Below are positions 1 through 9,714 of a stretch of DNA of 61,174 nt, piece after piece. Below the pieces are notes generated by a model. The model had not been told where the DNA came from and ran no database searches. It saw nothing but the letters and a program-made list of their open reading frames with translations. The stretch comes from Gaiella sp. (GTDB taxonomy: Bacteria > Actinomycetota > Thermoleophilia > Gaiellales > Gaiellaceae). The stretch is from the NCBI GenBank assembly GCA_035691005.1, contig DASSJV010000137.1, positions 1-61,174 on the forward strand, given 5' to 3'. Position numbers and translations under genes: made by a program. Each line of letters opens with the position of its first letter. The first letter of the stretch is position 1.

Positions 1-492
1 AAGCGTGGCGAGGGCACATAGCCCCACACGCGGGACCCATCGAACCCTGCGGACTGCGCGAGGCTGTCCCAATCTGTCTGGCCGTTGCAGTAGACCCGCA
101 CCGGCCTGCCGGCGATCGCCGACGCTACCTGCGCCGCGAACACCTCGAGCGGCGACTGATGCGTCGGATCCGTCCAGGGAAGGTTCGGTGTATCCGGGAT
201 GACCGACGTGTCGGTCTGACCGACCGCCACGCCGAGCCAAAGCGCACAAGCGCAAACCGCCCCCAGAACTGCCGCAGACTTCAACACCGCCCTCTGAACG
301 TACTTTTGTCGCCAAAGGGCGCGCCCCCCATAGATCCAAACCAGACCTAACCCAACGGGCAGTCACCCGGGGGTGGGCGCGGCGATCGTCGCGAAAGAGG
401 TAGTCGGGCGGCCAAGGACGGCGCGTGAGCGTCGGCTGCTTAGATCGCGTCTGGTGACCCTGCGGTCGGTCACGTTCGCGACTCTGGAAACG

Positions 493-517
493 AAAAACCC
501 CGCCTGAGCGGGGCTTT
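493..517 (-). terminator. Intrinsic terminator downstream of tRNA-Pro
   Basis: Minus strand reads AAGCCCCGC-TCAG-GCGGGG-TTTTT, a GC stem plus U-tract just 3' of the tRNA. Confidence 0.8.
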
Positions 518-524
518 CCGGTAG

Positions 525-599
525 TCGGGGCGCCGAGATTCGAACTCGGGACCTCTAGTCCCCCAGACTAGCGCGCTAACCAGGCTGCGCCACGCCCCG
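525..599 (-). tRNA. tRNA-Pro(GGG), CCA not encoded
   Basis: CGGGGCG acceptor stem, D-arm GCGCAGCCTGGTTAGCGC, anticodon stem CTAGT-CTGGGGG-ACTAG, T-loop GTTCGAATC; followed by CTA rather than CCA. Confidence 0.96.
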
Positions 600-686
600 T
601 GCCGGGACATGCTAGCGGGCAGGCGCGCCGATCCCGAGGCGGGTTCCGGTTTCGCCTTGCGGGGGCCGATCCCGTACCGTTGGGGA

Positions 687-1256
687 ATGGCACGGGCCCA
701 GCGAAACGTCGAGCAGGCCGCCTCGTGGCAGAAGGACCGCGCTCCGAGCCGAGCGCATCTCAGGAGCGTCACGTCGCGTCAGGAGCCTCGAGTCGCCGCC
801 GGAGAGGAAACCCAGGGACGCCACCTCGCGCGGCTGATCCAGGAGGCGGGGCTCAACAACAACAGCGTCGCGAAGCTCTCCGGCGTCCGCCGCGAGAGCG
901 TCAGCCGGATCGTCAACGATCACGCGCGCCTCGGCCCGAAGCTGGCGGAGCGTCTCGCTCCGGCGTTGGGGGTCACGGTCGACGAGCTCGTCGTTCCGCT
1001 GGACCAGCACCACGCGGCCGTGCGTCGCCTCGAAGATCGTGTCCGCGAGCTCGAAGAAGACCGCGACTACCTCCTGCTGGTCGTCCGACAGCTGGTCACG
1101 CACCTCGACCACGCAGGACTCGGCGCGCCGCGGATGCCGCCCGCGCCCCGGTCCAGCGTCTCGATTTCGCGGCCGCTGGGCGCCGAGGCCGATGAGGAAA
1201 AGGTGCCCGGCGCCGAGCCGGGTCAGCGCCGCCCCCGGCTGAGCCGTCACCGCTGA
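687..1256 (+). CDS. XRE/Cro-C1-type HTH transcriptional regulator with coiled-coil tail
   Basis: LARLIQEAGLNNNSVAKLSGVRRESVSRIVND...LAPALGVTVDEL is an HTH_3 pattern; ATG 687 lies 6 nt after a TACCGT -10-like hexamer. Confidence 0.75.
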   Translation: MARAQRNVEQAASWQKDRAPSRAHLRSVTSRQEPRVAAGEETQGRHLARLIQEAGLNNNSVAKLSGVRRESVSRIVNDHARLGPKLAERLAPALGVTVDELVVPLDQHHAAVRRLEDRVRELEEDRDYLLLVVRQLVTHLDHAGLGAPRMPPAPRSSVSISRPLGAEADEEKVPGAEPGQRRPRLSRHR

Positions 1257-1264
1257 CCAGCCCG

Positions 1265-1633
1265 ATGGCGACGGGGCAGGCACGTCGGTTCGTCGAGGCG
1301 GTCGTGGCGCACGACCTGGACGCGGCCGAGGCGCTCCTCCACCCCGACGTCGAGACCGTCACGCCGCGCGACACGTTCCACGGCGTCGACGCGTGCCGGC
1401 GCGTCCTCGGGAAGGCGACCGGGGACGAGCAGTTCACGATGGAGCAGTCCACCCCGGAGCTCGAGGAGCTCGACGGCGACGTGATCGCCCGGACGCGCGA
1501 GACCGCGCGCTGGCGCGAGACCGGCGAGGTTGCCTACGAGCGCGACTTCGCGATGCGCCTGACGTTCGACGGGGAACGGATCGTCAGGATCGTGGTCATG
1601 CCGGAGGGCGCAAGCACCGTGGATCCGGATTGA
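1265..1633 (+). CDS. SnoaL-like / NTF2-family protein
   Basis: RRFVEAVVAHDLDAAEALLHPDV...FDGERIVRI pattern. Confidence 0.75.
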   Translation: MATGQARRFVEAVVAHDLDAAEALLHPDVETVTPRDTFHGVDACRRVLGKATGDEQFTMEQSTPELEELDGDVIARTRETARWRETGEVAYERDFAMRLTFDGERIVRIVVMPEGASTVDPD

Positions 1634-1659
1634 CGGTGCTGCTCACAACGCTCGGGTGG

Positions 1660-2115
1660 TCACTCGCCGCGTGCGAGCTGCCCGAGCCGCTGGTTTTCGA
1701 TGGGATGCACGAGCGCGTCGGCGTGGCGATGCACGAGCTCCCAGTCCGACGCACCCAGACGCCGGAAGACCCATGTCACCCGCAGTGACCAGTCCTGCTC
1801 GGGAAGGTCTCCGACTGTACCGCGCTGCCGCTCGAAGACGACGAGCACGGCGAGGCCGCCCGAGGTGTACGCCTGGACGACATCGACGCTCGCGTCGCCC
1901 CCGCGGAAGAACGACGCGAGCCCGTCCAGCCCGGCCTCCGAGTCGTCGAAAGCCCCGCACGACCTCCCGCCGTACGGCGACATGAGCGTGTAGTCGTCCG
2001 CGTGCCTGATGAGGGCCGCGTAGCGACGGCTGTCGCCCGAGATCAGCGCCCGTGACGCCTCCGTGACGCGCTCGACAAGGGGTGCGAGCTCGTCGTCCGT
2101 GACGTCGGCGGACAC
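1660..2115 (-). CDS. DUF4440/YybH SnoaL-like protein
   Basis: C-terminal LRVTWVFRR...WELVHRHAD motif; start GTG 2115 (7 nt after TAAGGT) or ATG 2139. Confidence 0.75.
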   Translation of the reverse strand: MSADVTDDELAPLVERVTEASRALISGDSRRYAALIRHADDYTLMSPYGGRSCGAFDDSEAGLDGLASFFRGGDASVDVVQAYTSGGLAVLVVFERQRGTVGDLPEQDWSLRVTWVFRRLGASDWELVHRHADALVHPIENQRLGQLARGE

Positions 2116-2169
2116 GCCAATGACCTTAGCGCGCCCCATGGCGCCACCGAGGGAACCGCCGGACTGCCG

Positions 2170-2478
2170 TCAGGGCAGCATGTCGTGCAGCTCGTACCAG
2201 GACTCGGCGTCGGGCGGGCGGAAGTCCTCGGGGTCGCGCTCCGCCGCCATGCGCTCGATGATCGGCATCAGCTTCTCGTCCATGAACCGCTGACCCGCCT
2301 CCCGGCTCTCCCACACGTCCACGATCCGGAACACACCGCGGTCGCGGTCGAAGCCGGCCGTGTGGAGGATCAGGCCGGCCGGGGCGGTGCGCCCGAGCTC
2401 GGCGGCAACCGCGTCGTAGTTCGTGGTGCTCGTGTCGCCGTCCACGATCGCGAACTCCTGCACGAATGCGCTGGCCAT
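2170..2478 (-). CDS. Hypothetical protein (dimeric alpha-beta barrel-like)
   Basis: GLILHTAG...FRIVDVWESRE pattern; GAAGGGAG RBS upstream. Confidence 0.7.
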   Translation of the reverse strand: MASAFVQEFAIVDGDTSTTNYDAVAAELGRTAPAGLILHTAGFDRDRGVFRIVDVWESREAGQRFMDEKLMPIIERMAAERDPEDFRPPDAESWYELHDMLP

Positions 2479-2539
2479 GCCGGGCTCCCTTCGGTTGGGC
2501 CCCGATCCTATGCCCGCGGGAACCGCGGGCGCCAGCAGC

Positions 2540-2839
2540 TCAGGCGAGGCGCTTGTAGAGACGCTCGACGAGCGCGGGTGTCTGCTCGAGCTTCTCCGTG
2601 ATCACGCGGACGCGGACCTCACGGAAGTAGTCCGGCTTCACGCCGAGCGCCTTCGCGATCCGGCCGAGCACCTCGGTCGAGGGGACCGGCCGGTTCCCGT
2701 GCACGATGTGGTTCAGGTATCCGGCGGAGAGGCTCGTCTTCTCCGCAAGCGCCCTATACGTGATTCCCGTCTCGGTCATGAGACGCTCGATCGTCGGGCC
2801 AAGCGGGTCGCTCGAGTATGTCCGCTTCCGTGCCGCCAT
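2540..2839 (-). CDS. XRE-family HTH protein, translationally coupled to proS
   Basis: GITYRALAEKTSLSAGYLNHIVHGNRPVPS...IAKALGV HTH; TGATG overlap with the proS stop. Confidence 0.85.
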   Translation of the reverse strand: MAARKRTYSSDPLGPTIERLMTETGITYRALAEKTSLSAGYLNHIVHGNRPVPSTEVLGRIAKALGVKPDYFREVRVRVITEKLEQTPALVERLYKRLA

Positions 2840-4518
2840 CAGTCCTGCCCGATCCAGTCAATCACAGACGACCCGTCAACGCGCGCATCGGCGTCCTCGG
2901 AGCGCCGGCGTACGTCGACCGCACCGTCCTCGAGGCTCTTCTTGCCGACAGTGATCCGCGCGGGGCAGCCGAGGAGGTCGGCGTCGGCGAACTTCTCCCC
3001 GGGGCGCGCGTCACGGTCGTCAAGGAGAACGGCGTGGCCGGCGCCTGAGAGCTCCGCGGCGAGCGACTCGGAGAGCGCCTCGATCTCCGCCGAACCGCCG
3101 TCCAGGGAGAGCACGTGGACGTCGTACGGCGCGATCGAGCGCGGCCAGGCGATGCCGCGCCCGTCGTGATGCTGCTCGACCGCCGCGGCGAGCACGCGGC
3201 CGGGGCCGATGCCGTAGGACCCCATCACGAGCGGGTGCTCGACGGACTGCTCGTCGAGGTACTTCGCGTCGAGCGGCACGGAGTAGTACGTACCCAGCTT
3301 GAAGATGTGGCCGACCTCGATCGCGGGCCGGAACGCCAGCACGCCGTCGCAGTTCGGGCACGCATCGCCCTCCTTGGGCACCCGGATGTCGGCGACCTCG
3401 GCCTCGAAGTCACGCCCGTACTCGACTCCGCGTAGGTGGTAGCCGGTGCGATTGGCGCCGGCGACGTACTGTCCCTCGCGCAACGTCTCGTCGAGCACGA
3501 TCCGGCCGGAGAAGCCCACGGGCCCGAGCGAGCCGGGGTCGGCGCGGAACGCCTCGCGGATCTCCTCCACCTGCGCCGGGCGAGCCTCGTCGCCGAGAGC
3601 CGCGACGAGCTTCCCCTCGTCGAGCCGGTCGTCGCCGCGCACGAGCGCGAGCACGACGGCGCCGTCGGCCACGACCGGCATCGCCTTCGACGTCGCTGCG
3701 AGGTCGATCCCGAGAAAGCCCGCGAGCGCCTCGCAGCTCTCGATGCCGGGGGTCTCGACCTCGGTCGGCGCGTCCAGCCGCTCCGGGAACTCGGGCGCGC
3801 GCGGCACCCCGCGCGCGACGTCGAGGTCCGCCGCATAGTCGCCGTTGCTGCACGTGACGAGCGTGTTCTCGCCGGCGCCCGAGGGCGCGAGGTAGTCGAT
3901 CGACTCGCTGCCGCCCATCATCCCCGACTCCGCCTGCACCGCGACGAAGTCGAGCCCGCAGCGCTCGAACATCCGCTCGTACGCGGCGGCGTGGGCCCTG
4001 AACGCGACCTCGAGGCCCTCCTCGTCGCGGTCGAACGAGTAGGCGTCCTTCATCACGAACTCGCGGACGCGGAGGAGGCCCCCGCGAGGACGCGGCTCGT
4101 CGCGGTCCTTCGTCTGGAAGTGGTAGAGGATTTTCGGCAGATCGCGGTACGAGCTCAGCTCGCGCGCGTGGAACGTGATCGTCTCCTCGTGCGTGAGCGG
4201 TAGGACGAATCTGCGGCCCGCGCGGTCCTGGACGTGGAAGATCGCGGGGATCCGGATGCGCCCCGTCGCCTCCCAGAGCTCCGCGGGAGTGAGGACGGGC
4301 ATCGACACCTCCTGCCCGCCGATCGCGTTCATCTCCTCGCGGATCACCCGCACGACCTTCTCGTGGATCCGCCAGCCGGCCGGGAGGTACGTCCAGAGAC
4401 CCGCACTGACCTGCCGGATCAGGCCCGCGCGAACGAGCAGCTTGTGCGAGACCGCCTCGGCCTCGGCGGGGGCCTCGCGGAGCGTCGGCAGGAAGAGGAC
4501 GGACTGGCGCTGGAGCAT
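2839..4518 (-). CDS. proS: Proline--tRNA ligase
   Basis: SHKLLVRAGLI, PTHEE-like LTHEE, RDEPRPRGGLLRVREFVMKDAYSF, EVGHIFKLG, MGSYGIG, insertion editing domain, anticodon-binding domain. Confidence 0.97.
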   Translation of the reverse strand: MLQRQSVLFLPTLREAPAEAEAVSHKLLVRAGLIRQVSAGLWTYLPAGWRIHEKVVRVIREEMNAIGGQEVSMPVLTPAELWEATGRIRIPAIFHVQDRAGRRFVLPLTHEETITFHARELSSYRDLPKILYHFQTKDRDEPRPRGGLLRVREFVMKDAYSFDRDEEGLEVAFRAHAAAYERMFERCGLDFVAVQAESGMMGGSESIDYLAPSGAGENTLVTCSNGDYAADLDVARGVPRAPEFPERLDAPTEVETPGIESCEALAGFLGIDLAATSKAMPVVADGAVVLALVRGDDRLDEGKLVAALGDEARPAQVEEIREAFRADPGSLGPVGFSGRIVLDETLREGQYVAGANRTGYHLRGVEYGRDFEAEVADIRVPKEGDACPNCDGVLAFRPAIEVGHIFKLGTYYSVPLDAKYLDEQSVEHPLVMGSYGIGPGRVLAAAVEQHHDGRGIAWPRSIAPYDVHVLSLDGGSAEIEALSESLAAELSGAGHAVLLDDRDARPGEKFADADLLGCPARITVGKKSLEDGAVDVRRRSEDADARVDGSSVIDWIGQD

Positions 4519-4538
4519 CCGCCAACCCTAGCCAGCGC

Positions 4539-5960
4539 TCAGTCGTTCAACTGCAGGAACCCCGTCAGCGTGGTCGTCTCTCCCCCACCCGAGGACTCGA
4601 GTACGAACGCGTCGAGCTGCTGGATCGTCCGGCGGTCGTCGGGAGACAGGCCTCCACCGGTCACGCTCTCGACGACCGGCAGGAGCCCGTCGATGTCGAC
4701 GTACAGGAAGCCGCCCGTCCGGTCGCCGAGCCCGACCGCATCCGCCGCCCGCTCGTAGGCGTCGCTCGACTCGAGCTTGTCGCCGTCGGCGGCGAAGTCG
4801 CGGATCCCGGTGAGACCGGTCGTGACGATCACGGTGTCGCCGTCGAGACGCGCGTAGCGCACGGTCGCGCCGTCCGCCTCGACGAGGCTCACCTCGCGGC
4901 CGTCCTCGGTCACGGTACGGACCGTCGTGCCGGAGCCCTCTGCGAGCGTGTGGGCGAGGCGGTCGACCGTTGCGTACACCTTGCCGGGATCCGGCGGGGT
5001 CAGCGCGAGCGTCACCTCGGGCGCCGTTCCGGCGGCGCGCACGTACAGGACCCCCTCGCCGGAGAAGGCGTCGAGGAGCCCGCCGACGGAGACGCCTGTG
5101 GCCTTCTCCACCTCGTCGGCGATCCCGCTGAGCGGGATGCGCCGCTCGATCTGGTCGACGAGCTTCTGCGTGCCGCCGAAGGAGAGGAGGGCGACGGCGT
5201 CGCCGGGGACGCGCTGCAAGAGCTTCGGCTCGTACTCGGTGCCGTTGCCGCCCGGCGTGCGGACGCCGACGGCGAGCCGTACGCCGTCCTCCTGCGCGGC
5301 GACGGCGGCCGCCACCCAGTCGAGCCCGAGATCGAGGTCCTGCGAGGCCTGGCCGAGCTGCTGCTGGAGCTCGGGCGCAAGCGCGGCGACGTCGACCCAG
5401 GCCCGCGCGAGCGCCTCGGCCGGAAGCGCCTCGAAGCCCGCTGAAAGGGCGTCGTCGTTCGCGAGCGTGCCCTGTGCGAGCGCGGTCTCGTAGGCCGTCA
5501 GGTCGGCTTGCGTCTCCGCGATCGCGGTCCAGCCCTCGACGGTCGCCGTAGCGTCCGGCTCGTCCGACTTCGCGAGCAGCGCTGCGAGCGCATCCGCGTC
5601 GTCGGGCTGTGTGAGGACGATCGGCTCCTCGTCGGCCGTGACGACGAGCACGACCTCGGGCCCGAGCGCCGGCTCGACGTCGTCCTGCCACGTGAGGTTC
5701 TGCTCCGCCAGGCTGCTCGTCAGCTCGCTCGTGAGGCCGTCTGCCGCCCCCGGGAGGCGGTCGAGGAGGTCGCTCGCCTGCTGCCACTGGTCGGAGGAGG
5801 CATCCGTCGTGACGGTCGCGAAGGCGAGCACGTCCTTCGGCGCGAGCGAGGCTGAAGCCGGCACCTCCCCGGCCGGCTCGGCCTCCCCGCCGCAGCCTGT
5901 GGCCGAGAAGCCGAGCGCCGCAACGACCAGGACGAGCGCGGGAATGGCACGCCGTCGCAT
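4539..5960 (-). CDS. Lipoprotein, DUF3352-like
   Basis: Signal peptide with lipobox (FSATG-C); WQDDVEPALGPEV motif typical of DUF3352. Confidence 0.7.
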   Translation of the reverse strand: MRRRAIPALVLVVAALGFSATGCGGEAEPAGEVPASASLAPKDVLAFATVTTDASSDQWQQASDLLDRLPGAADGLTSELTSSLAEQNLTWQDDVEPALGPEVVLVVTADEEPIVLTQPDDADALAALLAKSDEPDATATVEGWTAIAETQADLTAYETALAQGTLANDDALSAGFEALPAEALARAWVDVAALAPELQQQLGQASQDLDLGLDWVAAAVAAQEDGVRLAVGVRTPGGNGTEYEPKLLQRVPGDAVALLSFGGTQKLVDQIERRIPLSGIADEVEKATGVSVGGLLDAFSGEGVLYVRAAGTAPEVTLALTPPDPGKVYATVDRLAHTLAEGSGTTVRTVTEDGREVSLVEADGATVRYARLDGDTVIVTTGLTGIRDFAADGDKLESSDAYERAADAVGLGDRTGGFLYVDIDGLLPVVESVTGGGLSPDDRRTIQQLDAFVLESSGGGETTTLTGFLQLND

Positions 5961-6025
5961 CACGCGTACCGTATCGCCCGTTTCGGGCGGCTCCTAGAGG
6001 GGTTTCCTCGCCCCGACGACCCGGT

Positions 6026-7177
6026 TCAGTCGCGCGCCGGGACGCTCTCGAGCGGGATCAGGCTCGCCTCGGCCATCGCGAGCGCGGCCGGCTTCGCCAT
6101 CTTCAACCGCTTCGGCCGCGGCATGCCGTCGGCGATCCAGCGGTCGACCTCATGGAAGAGCTCGTCGATCAGGACGTCCGACGAGACCTTCTTGAGCACC
6201 CTGCCGTGCGCGTACACGAACCCGACGTCGCGGCCCCCGGCGATCCCGAAGTCCGCGTCGCCCGCCTCCCCCGGGCCGTTCACCGCGCAACCCATCACGG
6301 CGACCTCGAACGCCTGCGGGTAGTCGCGCAGCCGTTCCTCGACCACGACGGCGAGGCTTTCGACGCCGACGTTGTCGCGGCCGCAGGACGGGCACGCGAT
6401 CATCACGGGGCCGCGCTCCCGGAGCCCGAGCGCCTTGAGGATCTCCCAGGCGACCTCGACCTCCTTCACGGGGTCGGCCGTGAGCGAGACGCGCATCGTG
6501 TCGCCGATCCCGTCCATCAGGAGCGAGCCCATGCCGACCGCGCTCTTGATCGAGCCCGCGAACGGCGTCCCGGCCTCTGTCACGCCGAGGTGGAGCGGGT
6601 ACGGCACGCGGTCGGAGAGCATCCGGTAGGCGCGGATCATCGTCGGCACATGCGACGCCTTCACGGAGATCTTGAAGTCGCGGTAGTCGAGCCGCTCGAG
6701 GATCGCGACCTGCTCGAGCGCCTCGACGACGAGCGCCTCCGCGGTGTCCTTCCGGGCGAGCTCGTCGAGGTGCTTCGGGAGCGAGCCGGCGTTCGCTCCG
6801 ATCCGCATCGGGATCCCCGCCTGCTTCGCCGCCCTGACGACCTGCTCCGTCTTGTCGGGACCGCCGATGTTGCCGGGGTTGATCCGCACCGCGTGGACTC
6901 CCGCCTCGATCGCCTCGAGCGCGAGGGACGCGTTGAAGTGGATGTCCGCGATCACGGGGAGCGGGGACAGCCGGACGATCAGGGGGAGCGCCTGGGCGTC
7001 CTCGCGCTTCGGCACCGCGACGCGCACGATCTCGCAGCCCGCGGAGGCCAGTGCGGCGATCTGCGCGGTCGTCGCCTCGACGTCGTGCGTCTTCGTCAAG
7101 GTCATCGACTGGACGACGACCGGCGCACCGCCGCCGATCGCGACCCCGCCGACGCTGATCTGGTGCGTGCTCGGCAT
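6026..7177 (-). CDS. ispG: 4-hydroxy-3-methylbut-2-en-1-yl diphosphate synthase
   Basis: VVQSMT, IADIHF, RINPGN, LHLGVTEAG, CPSCGR and VMGCAVNGPGE motifs. Confidence 0.96.
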   Translation of the reverse strand: MPSTHQISVGGVAIGGGAPVVVQSMTLTKTHDVEATTAQIAALASAGCEIVRVAVPKREDAQALPLIVRLSPLPVIADIHFNASLALEAIEAGVHAVRINPGNIGGPDKTEQVVRAAKQAGIPMRIGANAGSLPKHLDELARKDTAEALVVEALEQVAILERLDYRDFKISVKASHVPTMIRAYRMLSDRVPYPLHLGVTEAGTPFAGSIKSAVGMGSLLMDGIGDTMRVSLTADPVKEVEVAWEILKALGLRERGPVMIACPSCGRDNVGVESLAVVVEERLRDYPQAFEVAVMGCAVNGPGEAGDADFGIAGGRDVGFVYAHGRVLKKVSSDVLIDELFHEVDRWIADGMPRPKRLKMAKPAALAMAEASLIPLESVPARD

Positions 7178-7199
7178 CGCCGTCAGGGTACCCCGCCCC

Positions 7200-7739
7200 T
7201 CACGGCGTGTACTGCTGGTCCATTCCCCGCACCGTGTCGCCCGCGACCCGGATCCAGTACCCCGCCTGGGGTTCCCAGAGCTTGTGCGGCGTCCGCTTTC
7301 CGGCGAGCGCACGGGCCAGCTCCGGCACGGTGATCGTGGTTGCCTTCGGGCCGGCCGTCATCACGGTGACGTGCGCCCGAGGCGCGACGCGAAACGTGAG
7401 GAGGCGGTGGCTGTCGTCCCGCGTGTAGTAGTCGTTCGGCACCGCCTCGCCCGGAGCGATCACCCCGTCCTCGACTGCGGCGCGCTGCGCCGCGAGACCC
7501 GAGAGGAAGAGCGCGGGATCGACGCGGAGCTCCCAGTGACCGCTCCGGCGCGCCAGCGACTTTGCGTGCCCGTAGAAGACCGTCTCCCGGGGCGGGCCGA
7601 GAGGAGGCATCGGCAGAAACGCCGAGACCGACGCCGGGGCGGCCGAGAAGGCGCTCGCCTCCTGCGGCCTGTTCGACCACAGCGGTGACAGGGCGAGCGC
7701 AAGGAGCGCAGCCAGCGTCGCGACGCGCAAACCGGTCAT
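7200..7739 (-). CDS. Secreted hypothetical protein
   Basis: AGGAGGAG RBS, N-terminal hydrophobic signal, PNDYY motif. Confidence 0.7.
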   Translation of the reverse strand: MTGLRVATLAALLALALSPLWSNRPQEASAFSAAPASVSAFLPMPPLGPPRETVFYGHAKSLARRSGHWELRVDPALFLSGLAAQRAAVEDGVIAPGEAVPNDYYTRDDSHRLLTFRVAPRAHVTVMTAGPKATTITVPELARALAGKRTPHKLWEPQAGYWIRVAGDTVRGMDQQYTP

Positions 7740-7839
7740 GACTCTCCTCCTCTGCGAACGTGGGCCTGCCGCCACGATGATGCGCGACGGCCCGGCGGGT
7801 CCGCAACCGCGGGCGCGAAGAACCCTGCACGATGCGCGC

Positions 7840-8499
7840 GTGCCGCGTCTCCCCGACCCGACCCCGTGGGCGCTCGAGCCTCCGCCGGACGACCATCCCG
7901 AGGATCTCTGGGCCGTCGGGGCCGACCTCGAGCCCGGGACGCTGCTCGCCGCGTACCGCGTGGGGCTGTTCCCCATGCCGATCGGTCCGCGGCTCGGCTG
8001 GTTCTCTCCGCTCCGACGAGCGATCGTGCCGCTCGACACGTTCGCGCCGTCCCGCTCGCTCCGGCGCGCCGCACGGCGATTCGAGCTCCGCGTCGACACG
8101 TCGTTCGGCGACGTCGTCTCGGGCTGCGCGCGCCCCGGTCACCCGCAGAGCTGGATCGACGCCGACATCGAGGACGCATACGGGCGGCTCCACCGGCTCG
8201 GGTGGGCCCACTCCGTCGAGGCGTGGGACGACGAGGGTCTCGCTGGGGGCCTGTACGGCGTCTCGGTCGGCGGCCTCTTCGCGGCCGAGTCGATGTTCCA
8301 CTCGCGCACGGACGCGTCGAAGGCCGCGTTCCTGGGCCTCGTCGGCCATCTCGTCGAGGTGGGAGACGCGGACCGCCGGCTCCTCGACGTGCAGTGGCTC
8401 ACGCCGCACCTCGCCTCGCTCGGTGGGATCGAGGTCTCGCGCTCCGAGTACCGGCTCAGGCTCGCGGCGGCGCTGACGCTCGAGCGCCCGTTCGGGTAG
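7840..8499 (+). CDS. aat: Leucyl/phenylalanyl-tRNA--protein transferase
   Basis: LLAAYRVGLFPM, AHSVEAW, GGLYGV, FAAESMF, DASK, DVQWLTPHLASLG. Confidence 0.95.
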   Translation: MPRLPDPTPWALEPPPDDHPEDLWAVGADLEPGTLLAAYRVGLFPMPIGPRLGWFSPLRRAIVPLDTFAPSRSLRRAARRFELRVDTSFGDVVSGCARPGHPQSWIDADIEDAYGRLHRLGWAHSVEAWDDEGLAGGLYGVSVGGLFAAESMFHSRTDASKAAFLGLVGHLVEVGDADRRLLDVQWLTPHLASLGGIEVSRSEYRLRLAAALTLERPFG

Positions 8500-8505
8500 G
8501 GCGGG

Positions 8506-9714
8506 TCAGGACAGTCGGCCGATGTCGTTCGTGAGGCCGATCACGAACAGCACGAGCACGATCCCGATCCCGACGACCGAGACCCGCTCGTAGATCTCGC
8601 GCCGCACCGCCCGGCCGCGGATCCCCTCGGCGACGGCGAAGACGATGTGGCCGCCGTCGAGCGGGAGCAGCGGGAGGAGGTTCAGGAGCGCGATCGAGAG
8701 CGAGATCAGCCCGAGGACGAACAGAAAGCTCTCGGTTCCCTCCTTCGCGGCGTCGGACGACCCCTGGACGATGCCCACGGGGCTCGAGATGTCCTTTCGC
8801 CCCTCCCCCGTCACGAGCCGGCCGAGCGAGGCACCGATCTCGCGCGTGACGTTCCACGACAGCCGCAGCGACTCGCCGGCCGCCTGGTCGAGCGGGAGGC
8901 CCTCCCCGGCGAGGACGAAGCCGAGCCGGTAGCGCCCATCGCTCGGCTTTGCGGACGTCGCCGGCAGCACGACGAGCGTGCCGTCGCGGGCGACGATGAG
9001 AGTGAGGGGCTTGCCGCCTGAGTCCGCGATCGACGTCGAGATGTCTCCGGGCTCGACGTGGTCGTCGTTGATCGAGACGATCGTGTCGCCGGGCTGGAGC
9101 CCCGCCTTGGCCGCGGGCGAGCCCGCCGACACCGAGTCGACCGTCGTCGTCGCGCGCCCGACGGAGGTCATGTAGAGGCCGGTGAAGAGCACCAGCGCGA
9201 GCACGATGTTCGCCGCTGGTCCGGCGGCGATCGCGGCGACGCGCTTCCACGTCGGCGCGCGCCAATACGCGTCGGGCCCGAGGGCGTCGTCGAGGTCGTC
9301 GAGCGCCTTGTCGAGCGCGGAGGCCGCCTGCGGCGACAGCGGGCGCTCCGCGGCGAGTGAGCGGAGCACGTCGACCGAGTCGCGCGCCGCCTCGTGGTCT
9401 CCCGCTCCGAGGGCGTTGCGGAGCCTGCTCACCGCCCCTCCCAGCGACGGCGCCTCCTCCAGGGCGCGGGACGTCCCTGCGTCGACGTCGACCGGCGCGG
9501 GTCGGTGCATGCCGGGGATCTTCACGAAGCCGCCCAGCGGCACCGCGCCGATGCCGTACTCGATCCCCTTTCGCGTCGTCTTCCAGATCGCCGGCGGAAA
9601 GCCGATGTAGAACCGCCGGGGCCGCATCCCGAGCGCGAGCGACACGGTGAAGTGGCCGAGCTCGTGGATGAAGACGAGGAGCCCGAGCCCGAGGATCGCG
9701 ACGAAGATCGTCAT
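8506..9714 (-). CDS. rseP: Site-2 (RIP) zinc metalloprotease with PDZ domain
   Basis: HELGH, PLGGFVKIPG, AGPAAN, PDZ, LNLLPLLPLDGGH; ATGA overlap with dxr. Confidence 0.93.
   Translation of the reverse strand: MTIFVAILGLGLLVFIHELGHFTVSLALGMRPRRFYIGFPPAIWKTTRKGIEYGIGAVPLGGFVKIPGMHRPAPVDVDAGTSRALEEAPSLGGAVSRLRNALGAGDHEAARDSVDVLRSLAAERPLSPQAASALDKALDDLDDALGPDAYWRAPTWKRVAAIAAGPAANIVLALVLFTGLYMTSVGRATTTVDSVSAGSPAAKAGLQPGDTIVSINDDHVEPGDISTSIADSGGKPLTLIVARDGTLVVLPATSAKPSDGRYRLGFVLAGEGLPLDQAAGESLRLSWNVTREIGASLGRLVTGEGRKDISSPVGIVQGSSDAAKEGTESFLFVLGLISLSIALLNLLPLLPLDGGHIVFAVAEGIRGRAVRREIYERVSVVGIGIVLVLFVIGLTNDIGRLS

Noticed and set aside
5-350. Short ORFs at the window start
   Set aside because: No RBS, motif or protein-like composition
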